DNA of 64,000 nucleotides from NCBI GenBank assembly GCA_964202905.1, contig CAXNJO010000014.1, forward strand, positions 20,844-84,843, read 5' to 3'. The stretch comes from Polyangiales bacterium (GTDB lineage: Bacteria > Myxococcota_A > Polyangia > Polyangiales > JADJQN01). Each line of letters opens with the position of its first letter. Within the stretch, counting starts at the first letter, position 1. The translations under genes and the position numbers were made by a program. Positions 1-10,458 of the stretch are shown piece after piece. The notes beneath the pieces are model-generated. The model saw only the letters and a program-made list of their open reading frames with translations. It did not search any database and was not told the DNA's origin.

Positions 1-315
1 ATCGCTCGGATCGCTCGGCAACAACAGCACCTCGAGTTCCGCCTCGAGTTCGGCCTTGCGCTGCTCGAGCTGCGGGATCTCCTCGAGCACCAGCTCGCGC
101 AACTCGGCATCTTCGAGCGCCGCGCGGTCTTCATCGAGCCGACGCGCGGTGTCGGTGTATTCGCCGAACGCACGCACGAGAGCCGCGAGTTCCCCGCGCT
201 CGCGGCTGAGTAGCGTGTAGCGCTTGGAATCGGCGAGCACGTCGGGCTGGCAGAGCAGCTCTTCGAGCTCCCGGAATCGACCGCTCAGCGCGGCGAGCCT
301 GGCGAGGGGCAGCAT
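1..315 (-). CDS. prfA: Peptide chain release factor 1, N-terminal part (runs off window)
   Basis: Manual translation from ATG at 315: MLPLARLAALSGRFRELEELLCQPDVLADSKRYTLLSRER...ELEVLLLPSDPSD; RF1 N-terminal pattern; rpmE-DUF1385-prfA synteny. Confidence 0.88.
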   Translation of the reverse strand, partial: MLPLARLAALSGRFRELEELLCQPDVLADSKRYTLLSRERGELAALVRAFGEYTDTARRLDEDRAALEDAELRELVLEEIPQLEQRKAELEAELEVLLLPSDPSD

Positions 316-324
316 CGTGGTGAC

Positions 325-1359
325 TCAGGCCGCGGAGGTGACATCCGGCCCGCGGAGCGACGAGCGCACGGCCTCACCGAACGCAGAAAAACTCGAGAAA
401 ATGAGGGGTTTCTCGTCTGCGGGCACGAGCGGCCCGACCTTCTCACGCCAGATCGCGGACTCCATCGCTGCGATCGCGATCTCGATCTGCGCGTCATCAG
501 GCTCGCGAGTCGTGATCTTCTGGAAGAGAAAGCCCGGCCACAGCAGCGCGCGCAGCGGCCCGGTCGTGCAGTAACGCGCGGTGAATCGCTGCAGCTCGAA
601 GGAGATCCCCGCGATGAACGGCAACATCGCGATGCGGAGCGCGAGCGTCTGGATCTGCCCGACGAGCCCCTGCGCGCCCGGCAGCACGAGCGGCGTGACC
701 GCAGCACCCACGAGGATCGACACCGCGACCACGACCACGAGGAACGTCGTCCCGCAGCGCGGATGCAACGTCGTCTGCGCGCGCACGTTCTCGACGGTGA
801 GCGGCAGGGCCTTCTCGTAGGCCGAGATCGTCTTGTGCTCGGCGCCGTGATACTGGAAAACGCGCCGCATATCGGGGAGCCGCGAGATCAGCAGCAGGTA
901 GCCGAGCAGCACCAGCAACTGGAAGCCGCCCGTCAGAAGGTGGAAGCGCGGGTCCTGCACGCCACCGATTCCAAGGAAGCGGCTCGCCGCCCAACCGAGG
1001 CCCTGCGGCGCGCCCTTGAAGAGCAACAACGCGAAGAGGATCGACACCAGCCCGACCCAGCGCCCGCCGCCCTCAGCCTCTTCCGGGAGCGGATTCCCCT
1101 TGGCGTCGACGAGCTGCTGCGTGACTGAGAACTGCAGCGCCCGCATGCCGACGGAGAGCGACTCCACGAGCGTCGCGCCCCCGCGCAACAGCGGAAGTTT
1201 CCAGAGGCGGGAAGCCGCGAGCTTCGAGCGCATCGGGCCTTCTTGGACGGCGATCCCGCCATCAGGACGGCGCACCGCGATCGATAGGCAGCCTGGCGCG
1301 CGCATCATCACACCCTCGATGACGGCCTGCCCACCGATGTAAGGCTTGTTATCGCTCAT
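325..1359 (-). CDS. DUF1385 family membrane protein
   Basis: IGGQAVIEGVMMR, FQYHGAEHKTI, HPRCGTTF, QKITTREPD motifs. Confidence 0.92.
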   Translation of the reverse strand: MSDNKPYIGGQAVIEGVMMRAPGCLSIAVRRPDGGIAVQEGPMRSKLAASRLWKLPLLRGGATLVESLSVGMRALQFSVTQQLVDAKGNPLPEEAEGGGRWVGLVSILFALLLFKGAPQGLGWAASRFLGIGGVQDPRFHLLTGGFQLLVLLGYLLLISRLPDMRRVFQYHGAEHKTISAYEKALPLTVENVRAQTTLHPRCGTTFLVVVVAVSILVGAAVTPLVLPGAQGLVGQIQTLALRIAMLPFIAGISFELQRFTARYCTTGPLRALLWPGFLFQKITTREPDDAQIEIAIAAMESAIWREKVGPLVPADEKPLIFSSFSAFGEAVRSSLRGPDVTSAA

Positions 1360-1584
1360 GGCGGCAGACTCTAGGGCGCGGCAGCCGTGGCGTCACGTGT
1401 CCGGGTGGATCGTGTCCTGAACGCACGCCCCCACACGCACAGAAAGCCACCGTTCACCGGACGCGACTCGGGCCGACCATGCGGGCTGCGCGTCACGACG
1501 CACGTTGCCGACAGGCCGGCCCGACCCTGCAAAAGGACCTCGCACGCCTCCACCCCGCGGAACGCGTCCGAGGAGTCGATGCGC

Positions 1585-1791
1585 TCACGCCTCTTTGGTC
1601 GCGTACTTCTTGCGGAAGCGCTCGACGCGGCCCGCGGTGTCCATGAGCTTCTGCTTGCCCGTGTAGAACGGGTGGCACTGGCTGCAGATGTCGACGGAGA
1701 ACGAGCCGGAGGTGGAGCGGAGCTGGGCGACCGAGCCGCACGCGCAGTTGATGGTCGCGGCGCTGTACTTCGGGTGGATGTCGGACTTCAT
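1585..1791 (-). CDS. rpmE: 50S ribosomal protein L31 (Zn-binding type)
   Basis: MKSDIHPKY...CACG...[15 protein letters not shown]...[10 protein letters not shown]. Confidence 0.97.
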   Translation of the reverse strand: MKSDIHPKYSAATINCACGSVAQLRSTSGSFSVDICSQCHPFYTGKQKLMDTAGRVERFRKKYATKEA

Positions 1792-1827
1792 GGGTCTTCC
1801 TCTCGCTCCGCGGATAGGAGCCGGCCG

Positions 1828-1856
1828 GGTTTAGTGCAAGAGCGCCATCCTCGCAA
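1828..1856 (-). promoter_or_regulatory. Putative sigma70 promoter of rpmE
   Basis: TTGCGA-17 nt-TAAACC on minus strand, about 36 nt upstream of rpmE ATG. Confidence 0.45.
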
Positions 1857-2047
1857 GTCCCGGCCGATGGACAGCAGCGATGCGAATCGCGTGATCCGCA
1901 GGTCGGCCTGCGACATGGGTCGCCCGCGGGGCGTCATGCCGGAAACTTGCCCGCGCATGCCGCGACGGACTATCCGTGGGCGCGGTCGTGCGATCGCCGC
2001 GTTCCACGGCGCATCGGCGCATACCCGCGGGAAGGATTCGGAGCCCC

Positions 2048-2326
2048 ATGGCGCAGAAGCAAATTCAACTCGTGGCGCGCGGGCGCGTCCAGGGCGTCTA
2101 CTACCGCGCCTCCGCACAGCGAGAAGCCAAGCGCCTCGGCCTCACGGGCTGGGTGAAGAACCGCACGGACGGGGCGGTGGAGATGGTCGTGGAAGGGGAG
2201 GAAGACCAGGTGAAGGACTTCCTCGCCTGGGCGCAGCACGGACCGGCGACCGCGCGCGTGGAGAAGGTGGAGACCCGATGGCGCAGCTACACCGGCGAGT
2301 TCGCAGACTTCCGCATCCTCGGGTGA
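2048..2326 (+). CDS. acyP: Acylphosphatase
   Basis: GRVQGVYYR...GLTGWVKNRTDGAVE motifs; ATG at 2048. Confidence 0.93.
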   Translation: MAQKQIQLVARGRVQGVYYRASAQREAKRLGLTGWVKNRTDGAVEMVVEGEEDQVKDFLAWAQHGPATARVEKVETRWRSYTGEFADFRILG

Positions 2327-3840
2327 TGCGCGCGGCGCGCGGCGCGGCGTGGCTGGCAGCGGCCTCGCTCATCGTCATTGGGCGATGGCTCACGCCAACG
2401 AGCGCGGGCGCCCAAGCGACGCCCGCCCCCTTGCTCATTGTCGATCTCGACGCCGTCCGAGCGCGACTCGGAAGCGACGATCCGCATCAACGCGAGGGCG
2501 CGCACAACGCCCTGCTCGAACTCGACGAGCAGGCGCTCGACGCAGTCGCCGCGCGCGTGGTCGCGCTCGCTTCGCGCCGGCCGACCGCGGACGAACTCAC
2601 CGTCGCGCTCGCCGACATCCGCCGCGCGACGGGCAGCCGCCGGGCGGACGACCGCGTCGATATCGAGTCCGGCGTGCTGCCTGCGCTCGCGGTGCGACGC
2701 GACGCGGCGATGATCAGCGCATGCGAGAGCGTCCTGCTCTGGCGCGCGCTCGAGCGCATCGGGTCCACACGCGCGTATCGACTCATCGCGGACGTCGTCG
2801 CGCTGGACGGGAGTCCCTGGGAGCAAGAAACACAGCGACTCCTCGAGCGCGCCGGACCACGCCTCGGCCCGATGCTCATCGCCGTGCGGAACCACCCGAA
2901 CGCGACCGTCAGGCGCTGGTCGCGCCAGGGGACGGCATCACTGGGGTTCGACCAGCCGGGCCGCGCCGTCCAGCAACGCGCGGTCGCGGAGGACGCGACG
3001 CTCCTCTCAGACACCCTGCGCTCCTGGGGCGCCGTGCACCAGCTCGACGCCATGCGTGTGATCGCCTCGTATGTCGGCAGCGAGCACGGCGAAGTGCGCG
3101 ACGCGGCGCGCTCAGCACTCGCCAGCTACGGGCGCAACGCGATCTGGATAGTGCGCGAGCAACTCGCGCTCGTGAGCGGCACCGAGGTCGACCCGCACTG
3201 GGGCTCGGAGCGCGCGCTTCAGGCGTTGCTCGACGCGCACGACGAGGCGCGCCTTGCGCCTGTCCGAGCCGAGCTCGCAAGCGGTCTGGCAGCGTTGACG
3301 CACGGCAACCTCGACGCGATGGGTGCGCACTTCGGTCGCGTCCTGCTCCGCGCGCCAGAGCTCGCGCACCGTGACCAGATGGCCATCGGCTACGCTCGCC
3401 TCGGCGCCGCGCGACGCGAAGCGCATGACCTCGCGGGCGCGGAGCGTGCTTACCGCCGCGCGCTGCTGCTAGGCGGGTCATCGCCCGAAGCGGTGCCGTG
3501 GCGAGACGCGCTACGTGGCGTTCAGGCGGACAGCGAACTCGCGCGTGGAGTCGCCGACGTCCACTTGTATCGGCAGATCGCCGCTCGCTATCCCGAAGAC
3601 CGCTTCGCCAGCGAAGTGCTCTCTCGCCTGAGCGGCGAGCGCGCGGCAGAAGAGCGACATCGCAAGCGCGTTGCTGCGGCCTGGGCCGCCCTGTCCATGT
3701 TCCTCGCCGCGGTTGCGCTCCTCGTTGGACGCCGACGCCCCGCTGCGCGAGCCACGCCGCATACCTCCGCCCCGACGGAAGACGCTGCGTCCGCGCGCTT
3801 CGACGACACATCGCCCGGCTCGCTCGACGCGGCGGCGTGA
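2326..3840 (+). CDS. Hypothetical exported HEAT/TPR-like helical repeat protein with C-terminal TM helix
   Basis: ATG overlaps acyP stop (TGATG); N-terminal signal-like segment; helical repeats (AERAYRRALLL); hydrophobic C-terminal segment followed by RRR. Confidence 0.65.
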   Translation: MRAARGAAWLAAASLIVIGRWLTPTSAGAQATPAPLLIVDLDAVRARLGSDDPHQREGAHNALLELDEQALDAVAARVVALASRRPTADELTVALADIRRATGSRRADDRVDIESGVLPALAVRRDAAMISACESVLLWRALERIGSTRAYRLIADVVALDGSPWEQETQRLLERAGPRLGPMLIAVRNHPNATVRRWSRQGTASLGFDQPGRAVQQRAVAEDATLLSDTLRSWGAVHQLDAMRVIASYVGSEHGEVRDAARSALASYGRNAIWIVREQLALVSGTEVDPHWGSERALQALLDAHDEARLAPVRAELASGLAALTHGNLDAMGAHFGRVLLRAPELAHRDQMAIGYARLGAARREAHDLAGAERAYRRALLLGGSSPEAVPWRDALRGVQADSELARGVADVHLYRQIAARYPEDRFASEVLSRLSGERAAEERHRKRVAAAWAALSMFLAAVALLVGRRRPAARATPHTSAPTEDAASARFDDTSPGSLDAAA

Positions 3841-3844
3841 ACAA

Positions 3845-4662
3845 ACGCGACCGGGACGCCGTGCCTCGTCGGATGGGCGACCACTTCGGCCTGCAGTTCG
3901 AGCCAGTGCCCCCCGGCCGCCTTCATCGCCACGCGCGGTCGACAGCCGCAGCGCCCGCGGCGCACACGACGAGTACAGTGTCATTGCGGCATCGCTGATC
4001 GGTCCATGCGCGCGCGACGTCGTGCGCACGGCCCAGACGCGTCTGCGCATCGTGAGGGACGTCAGCGGGCAACCGAAGGTCGGATTCGTCTGGACCTTCG
4101 GCGCGACCGGCTTCGCTGTTGGCCTCGGTATCGCATATCTCTGTTGCCGACAATCGCGCCGATGCGACGCCGAAGGCGCTTCTCGAAGCCCCCCCAAGGC
4201 ATGTCGCTCGTCGATGGCGACTGCGGCGACGACGAGGAGGTCTCGAGTCGGCGCTGCGCCGCCTGCCGCGCACACGTGCGACGCGATTCTGCGACGCGAT
4301 CAAAACCGCACTCATCGCGCAGGACGCGCTCGACCTGATCAGCGTCCTCTGCCACGTCGAGCACGAGGCCGCGGCGCGCAAACTCGGTGGCCCGATCAGA
4401 ATGGCGCTTCAGACACGGCGCGCCGGACTGATCCGCGAGCGCTTCAAGCACCGGCGCGATGCACAGCGCGCGCAGCAGAGACCGACGAGCGCCAACCGGC
4501 GCCTCGAGCCGCCACACGCTCGGCCACTGGGAAAGACCGGCGTCTGCCTCGACGAAGCCCGCGCCCCACTCGCCAACGACGCTTCCGCGCGCGCGCTGCG
4601 CAGGACCGCCCCCGGCCGCAAGCACCACCCCTTCGTCGGTGCCCCGGCGGCCGGAAAGAGTC
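3845..4662 (+). pseudogene. tnpC: Degenerate IS66-family TnpC transposase remnant
   Basis: Frame-broken segments resembling TnpC: FEPVPP, QTRLRIVRD...GFVWTFGA, ACRAHVRR, EHEAAARKLG, LDEARAPLANDASARALRR; paralogous to 5357-5870. Confidence 0.8.
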
Positions 4663-4730
4663 GTAACCGTCCGGCCAAGGCCGTCGTGACGTCGTCGCGG
4701 CTGTTGGCGATCGTGCGCGTCGGAGGTCCG

Positions 4731-5057
4731 ACGGCGCATGGAAAACGGTCGGAAGTCGAGGCTCGGAGCGTTCTTGAGGCGTGGCGGCGAAGCGGGCTCA
4801 CGCTCCAGCGGTTCGCGAAGCAGCGAGGGTTCGTACCGCAGCGGCTGCGGTGGTGGCAGGCGAAGTTCGCGCGGCCCGAGAAGAGCACGGCGCTCGCGCC
4901 GCTTCCGACGCTGTTGCCAATTCGCGTGATTACGGAGCCGCAGCGGCGCGGTGAGCCGGTGACGGTGCTGCTGCGCACCGGGCACGTGCTCCAGGTCGCG
5001 CACGGCTTCGACGAGCAGGCGTTTGCACGGGTCGTCGCGCTGCTCGAGGGTGGATGA
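4731..5057 (+). pseudogene. tnpA: IS66 TnpA-like accessory protein (start apparently mutated to ACG)
   Basis: LEAWRRSGLTLQRFAKQRG...LRWW HTH-like pattern; GGAGG SD followed by ACG; stop overlaps tnpB start. Confidence 0.7.
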
Positions 5058-5356
5058 TGCTCGGGCTGCCACCGAGCGTGCGCATCTACTTCGCGACCGG
5101 GCTCGCGGGCATGCGCAAAGGCATCGACGAGCTGCGCGCCATCGTCGAGGGCACGCTGCGCCACGATCCCTACGCGGGGCACCTCTTCGTCTTCGTCGGC
5201 AAGGCGCGCGACAAGGTGAAGATCCTCTTCTGGGACCGCTCGGGCTTCGTGCTCTATCTGAAGCGCTTGGAAAAGGGGCGCTTTCAGCTCCCGACCGTCG
5301 ACCGTCGCCGCATGCACGTCGAGATGGAGCCCGCGCAGCTCGCGATGCTGCTCGAT
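5054..5356 (+). pseudogene. tnpB: IS66 TnpB (Orf2) accessory protein, 3' end lost by deletion into tnpC
   Basis: MRKGIDEL, HLFVFVGKARDKVKILFWDRSGFVLYLKRLEKGRF, QLAMLLD. Confidence 0.88.
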
Positions 5357-5870
5357 CAAGACCGCGCCCGTCGCGCAGGAGGCGCTCGACGTGATTACCG
5401 CGCTCTACCGCGCTGAGCACGAGGCCGCGGCACGCAAACTTGGTGACGCCGCCAAATTGGAGTTTCGGAAACACCGCGCAGGACCGATCCACGGACGCTT
5501 CAAGCAGTGGCTCGACGCGCAGCACGCAAAGCAACCGCCGAAGAGCCCGATCGGCGCCGCCATACGCTACACGCTCGGCCAGTGGGACGAGCTCGGCGTC
5601 TTCCTCGACGACGCCCGCGTGCCGCTCGACAACAACGCCTCCGAGCGCGCGCTGCGCAGGGTCGCGCTCGTCCGTAAGAACCATCTCTTCGTCGGCGACG
5701 CCGCCGCCGGCCAGAACCTCGCCGGACTCTACTCGCTCGTCGCCACCTGAGAATCATGCGGCATCAAACCCTTAGACTACCTCGCTGACGTCCTCGCCCG
5801 CGTGCAGGTCCACCCCGCGAACGCCATCGACGATCTGTTCCCCGCCGCCTGGGCCGCTGCGAACGGAACG
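5357..5870 (+). pseudogene. tnpC: IS66 TnpC C-terminal fragment with in-frame TGA at 5748-5750
   Basis: PKSPIGAAIRYTLGQW, LDNNASERALR, YSLVAT*ESCGIKPLDYLADVL...IDDLFP. Confidence 0.88.
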
Positions 5871-6070
5871 TCGATCCGCGCGCGTGTCACGACGGTGGTC
5901 GCCGAACGGTTACAACGACCCCGCGCCTCGAACCGAAAGGCGGCGAGCGTCGGCGCCGTGATGCATCAAGGTGTCGTTGACGGGTCACGCCACGAGCTGC
6001 ACGCCGAACCGCGCAATTGTCACGACGATGAACGCAGGGCCGCGACGTCGCGAGCCTGTCCCAGCGAGCG

Positions 6071-6105
6071 AAAGCAAAACGCGCCTCCTGGGGGCCAGGG
6101 GCGCG
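6071..6105 (-). terminator. Intrinsic terminator after rplQ
   Basis: GCGCCCCTGG/CCAGGAGGCGC hairpin followed by GTTTTGCTTT on minus strand. Confidence 0.7.
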
Positions 6106-6141
6106 CAGCCAGCACGTGAGTTGGTCTGACGGGCCGAGCCG

Positions 6142-6630
6142 TCAGACGCCTTCAGGCAGGAACTCAATCATGGCCATCTCGGCATTGTCGCCGCGACGCG
6201 GGCCAACTTTGAGCATACGAGTGTAGCCGCCGCCCTTCCCATTGGCCGCCTTCACGCGCGCCGCGAAACGAGGCGCTAGCTCGTCAAACAGCTTCTTCAC
6301 CAGATCGACCTCTTCGGTCGTTCCGTCGGCGAGCGTGCGCGTCCCCTTGTGCGGAAGGAACGCAGCAACCTGCCGGCGGGCTGCAAGTCGAGCCCCCACC
6401 ACGCGCTGCCGCTCCGAGTCGCTCAGCTTCCCCTCGTCGACCGTCAAATCATCCCCCAGCCGAACCGCCCGGGTGAGTAGTCGCTCAGCGATACGCCGGA
6501 GCTCCTTCGCCTTCGCGTCGGTGGTCTCGATTCGCTCGTACATGACGAGATTCGCCGCGAGATTACGGAACATCGCACGGCGATGACTCGTATTGCGGCC
6601 GAACTTCCTTCCCGCTTTCTTGTGACGCAT
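6142..6630 (-). CDS. rplQ: 50S ribosomal protein L17 (with internal insertions)
   Basis: [24 protein letters not shown]...[24 protein letters not shown]. Confidence 0.97.
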   Translation of the reverse strand: MRHKKAGRKFGRNTSHRRAMFRNLAANLVMYERIETTDAKAKELRRIAERLLTRAVRLGDDLTVDEGKLSDSERQRVVGARLAARRQVAAFLPHKGTRTLADGTTEEVDLVKKLFDELAPRFAARVKAANGKGGGYTRMLKVGPRRGDNAEMAMIEFLPEGV

Positions 6631-6675
6631 GGTGCTTACCCGTCCGAATCCGCGCGAGGCGGCCTGCTGTGGAGA

Positions 6676-7701
<1,026 letters not shown>

Positions 7702-7817
7702 TCGATGTAGTCCTTGGCGGTAGTATGACCGCTGTGGAAGCGTCTAAAAACGGAGACTTCGCGAGCGATGGGACCGGCGCCCTGAATCGCGACGCGGACG
7801 AACGAGGACCACCCCGC

Positions 7818-8444
7818 TCAGCGCGAGTAAAACTCGACGATCAGCTGCTCCTGGATGGGGAGCGTGATTTCCTCCCGGTTCGGCGCAGTCTTCACCGTCG
7901 CGGCGAAACCGCCCTTGTCCAGGTCGAGCCACTGCGGGACTCCGCGTCGCTCAACACCCTCAAGCGCAGTGGTGACGCGCTTGTGAGCACGGCTGCCTTC
8001 AGCGACAGTGATCTTGTCGCCGGGCTTGACGCTGTACGACGGCACGTTCACGACCCGGCCGTTCACAAGCACATGCTTGTGCCGGACGAGTTGACGCGCT
8101 TCGCTCCTCGTGGCCGCGAACCCGATCCGATAACACGCCGAGTCCAAGCGACGCTCCAGGAGTCCGAGGAGTTGCTCGCCGGTGACTCCCTTGACTCGGT
8201 CGGCTTCCGCGAAGTATTTCCGGAACTGCCGCTCCAGCACGCCATAGATTCGACGCACCTTCTGCTTTTCACGGAGGCGAACGCCGTATTCCGTGAACTT
8301 GATACGGCGCTGGCCGTGCTGACCCGGGGGATAGGGCCGACGATCGAAGCTGCACTTGTCGGTGTAGCAGCGATCGCCCTTGAGGAAGAGCTTAACGTTT
8401 TCCCGCCGGCAGAGCTTACAGACCGGCCCAATGTAACGCGCCAT
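7818..8444 (-). CDS. rpsD: 30S ribosomal protein S4
   Basis: [15 protein letters not shown]...PGQHG...LREKQK...[10 protein letters not shown]; start at 8444. Confidence 0.98.
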   Translation of the reverse strand: MARYIGPVCKLCRRENVKLFLKGDRCYTDKCSFDRRPYPPGQHGQRRIKFTEYGVRLREKQKVRRIYGVLERQFRKYFAEADRVKGVTGEQLLGLLERRLDSACYRIGFAATRSEARQLVRHKHVLVNGRVVNVPSYSVKPGDKITVAEGSRAHKRVTTALEGVERRGVPQWLDLDKGGFAATVKTAPNREEITLPIQEQLIVEFYSR

Positions 8445-8537
8445 CTCGAGTTCTCCGAAATCGTTGCTGCTGACTGGTGGTTGGCTGGGCGGCAGCTCCC
8501 CAGTCATTCCCGAGCGAAAATCCGTAAATCGAGCGCG

Positions 8538-8942
8538 TCAGACCCGGCGACGTTTCGGGGGCCGGCAACCGTTGTGCGGGATTGGGGTCACGTCGCGCAC
8601 GAGAGTTACTTTGAGCCCGGCAATCTGAAACGCACGAAGCGCACTCTCCCGACCCGCCCCCGGTCCCTTCACGAAGATGGCAACGCTGCGCATCCCGTGC
8701 TCCTGCGCCTTCCGCGCTGCGTCCTCTGCGGCGAGCTGCGCGGCGAAAGGTGTGCTCTTCCGAGAGCCTTTGAAACCTTTCGAACCGGCGCTCGACCAAG
8801 ACACCACGTTCCCACTCAGGTCAGTGATTGTCACGATGGTGTTGTTGAAGGTCGACTGCACGTGCGCGATGCCCGTGCCGACATTCTTCTTTACCTTCTT
8901 CTTCGTCTTCGCGCCGGCCTTCGCCGCTGCTGCCTTCGCCAT
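8538..8942 (-). CDS. rpsK: 30S ribosomal protein S11
   Basis: [39 protein letters not shown]. Confidence 0.99.
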   Translation of the reverse strand: MAKAAAAKAGAKTKKKVKKNVGTGIAHVQSTFNNTIVTITDLSGNVVSWSSAGSKGFKGSRKSTPFAAQLAAEDAARKAQEHGMRSVAIFVKGPGAGRESALRAFQIAGLKVTLVRDVTPIPHNGCRPPKRRRV

Positions 8943-8991
8943 GGAGCTCTCCTGATTCCTGTCTACGGGCCGCGTCTAGCTGACTGGGACG

Positions 8992-9378
8992 CTACTTCTT
9001 CGTGACCCCGCCACCGCCACCCGCACTCACGCCCCGCCGAGGCCCCTTGCGGGTCCGTGCGTTCGTGTGCGTCCGTTGCCCACGAACGGGAAGCCCCCGG
9101 CGGTGGCGGAGGCCTCGGTAACACCCAAGGTCCATCAGACGCTTGATATGCATCTGAATCTCACGCCGAAGGTCGCCCTCGACCTTGTACGTCGACTCGA
9201 GGAGCTCGCGGATCTTCTTGACGTCGTTGTCGTCGAGGTCCTCGGCACGCTTGTTTTCCGGGATAGAAGCCCCCGCACAGATTTCCTGCGCGCGAGTAAG
9301 CCCCACTCCGTAGATGTATTGAAGCGCGATGACGATGTGCTTGCGACCCGGGAGGTCGACGCCGGCGATACGTGCCAT
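8992..9378 (-). CDS. rpsM: 30S ribosomal protein S13
   Basis: [37 protein letters not shown]. Confidence 0.99.
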   Translation of the reverse strand: MARIAGVDLPGRKHIVIALQYIYGVGLTRAQEICAGASIPENKRAEDLDDNDVKKIRELLESTYKVEGDLRREIQMHIKRLMDLGCYRGLRHRRGLPVRGQRTHTNARTRKGPRRGVSAGGGGGVTKK

Positions 9379-9393
9379 GACGAATACCTCCCC

Positions 9394-9507
9394 TCAGCCC
9401 TGACGCTGCTTGTGGCGCGGGTTGGTGCAAATGACACGCACGACGCCACGGCGCCGGATCACTTTGCACTTGTCACAGACAGTCTTGACACTCGGACGAA
9501 CCTTCAT
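9394..9507 (-). CDS. rpmJ: 50S ribosomal protein L36 (not in ORF track)
   Basis: Manual translation [37 protein letters not shown]. Confidence 0.97.
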   Translation of the reverse strand: MKVRPSVKTVCDKCKVIRRRGVVRVICTNPRHKQRQG

Positions 9508-9570
9508 GGCCGACTCCTGAAATGCTCCCGGCGGGCCCCTGCCGCCGGCGAATGAACGATGCCGCCCGCC

Positions 9571-9792
9571 TCAACCGAACCGTACTTCGATCCTCGCCTC
9601 GGACGGCTGATAAACGGAAAGTGACACCAGTACTCGATCCCCGGGGATAACCTTCACGGTCGCTCTCCGAGCCGCCGCTCCCATCGACGCGGTCACCCTG
9701 CGCCCATCCGAGAGCGCCACCAAGTACAAGCCTTGGGCGGCTGCGCTGACGACGACTCCTTCGGACTGTTTTCGTGAACTCTCCGCCGCCAT
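9571..9792 (-). CDS. infA: Translation initiation factor IF-1-like protein, divergent
   Basis: 73 aa; EGVV...LSDG...IPGDRVLVSLSVY...RIEVR pattern; canonical adk-infA-rpmJ position. Confidence 0.75.
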   Translation of the reverse strand: MAAESSRKQSEGVVVSAAAQGLYLVALSDGRRVTASMGAAARRATVKVIPGDRVLVSLSVYQPSEARIEVRFG

Positions 9793-9810
9793 GTTCCGCC
9801 GGCCTAGCCC

Positions 9811-10455
9811 TCAGCCGCCGACCGCCGCTTGAATTCGCCGCGTCACCTCGTCGAGGCCGCCCACTCCGTTCACTGCTGCCACGAGGCCGCGCGAACCATA
9901 ATAATCTAGCAGCGGCGCAGTATTCTCCAGATATTCTTGATGCCGCTTCCGGATGACCGTCTCGTGGTCGTCCTTCCGCTGGGCGAGATCGCCACCGCAT
10001 ACGCCGCAGCGTCCGTCCGAGGGGGGAGCACTATAGCGCACGTGGTAGACCTGTCCACAGGCGATACAGCTGCGACGCCCGGTGATGCGATCTATCTGCT
10101 CGTCAAGGCTGACTTCTATCGAAACGACCCGTTCAATCGCCCGGCCAAGACGAGCGAGCATCACGTCCAGGGACCCGGCCTGCGGCACCGTCCGAGGATA
10201 CCCGTCGAAGATGGCCCCACGGGAGGCATCCGGCCGGACGAGGCGATGCTCAACGAGCTCGAGCACGACCTCATCCGGCACCAACCGCCCGGCAGACATG
10301 TACCCCTCGAAACGTGCGCCGAGTTCACTTCCCGACGCACGCTCCGCGCGCATCATATCTCCCGTCGAGATCTGAGGAACGCCAAGCGTTTCCACCAATC
10401 GCTTAGCCTGAGTGCCCTTCCCAGCACCCGGCGGGCCGAACAGAACGAGGTCCAC
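9811..10455 (-). CDS. adk: Adenylate kinase (Zn-lid type)
   Basis: GPPGAGKGTQA, ISTGDMMR, FDGYPRT, CIAC...CGVC lid. Confidence 0.98.
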   Translation of the reverse strand: MDLVLFGPPGAGKGTQAKRLVETLGVPQISTGDMMRAERASGSELGARFEGYMSAGRLVPDEVVLELVEHRLVRPDASRGAIFDGYPRTVPQAGSLDVMLARLGRAIERVVSIEVSLDEQIDRITGRRSCIACGQVYHVRYSAPPSDGRCGVCGGDLAQRKDDHETVIRKRHQEYLENTAPLLDYYGSRGLVAAVNGVGGLDEVTRRIQAAVGG

Positions 10456-10458
10456 GCG

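Larger units (their letters stand above)
4663..5913 (+). mobile_element. IS66-family element, internally deleted (1251 bp), non-autonomous
   Basis: Terminal IRs: left GTAACCGTCCGGCCAAGGCCGTCGTGAC, right (reverse complement) GTAACCGTTCGGCGACCACCGTCGTGAC; encloses tnpA, tnpB and 3' tnpC. Confidence 0.88.

Noticed and set aside
1387..2325. N-terminal part of the 817-aa ORF
   Set aside because: Overlaps rpmE (antisense) and acyP (other frame); GC-rich stop-free shadow
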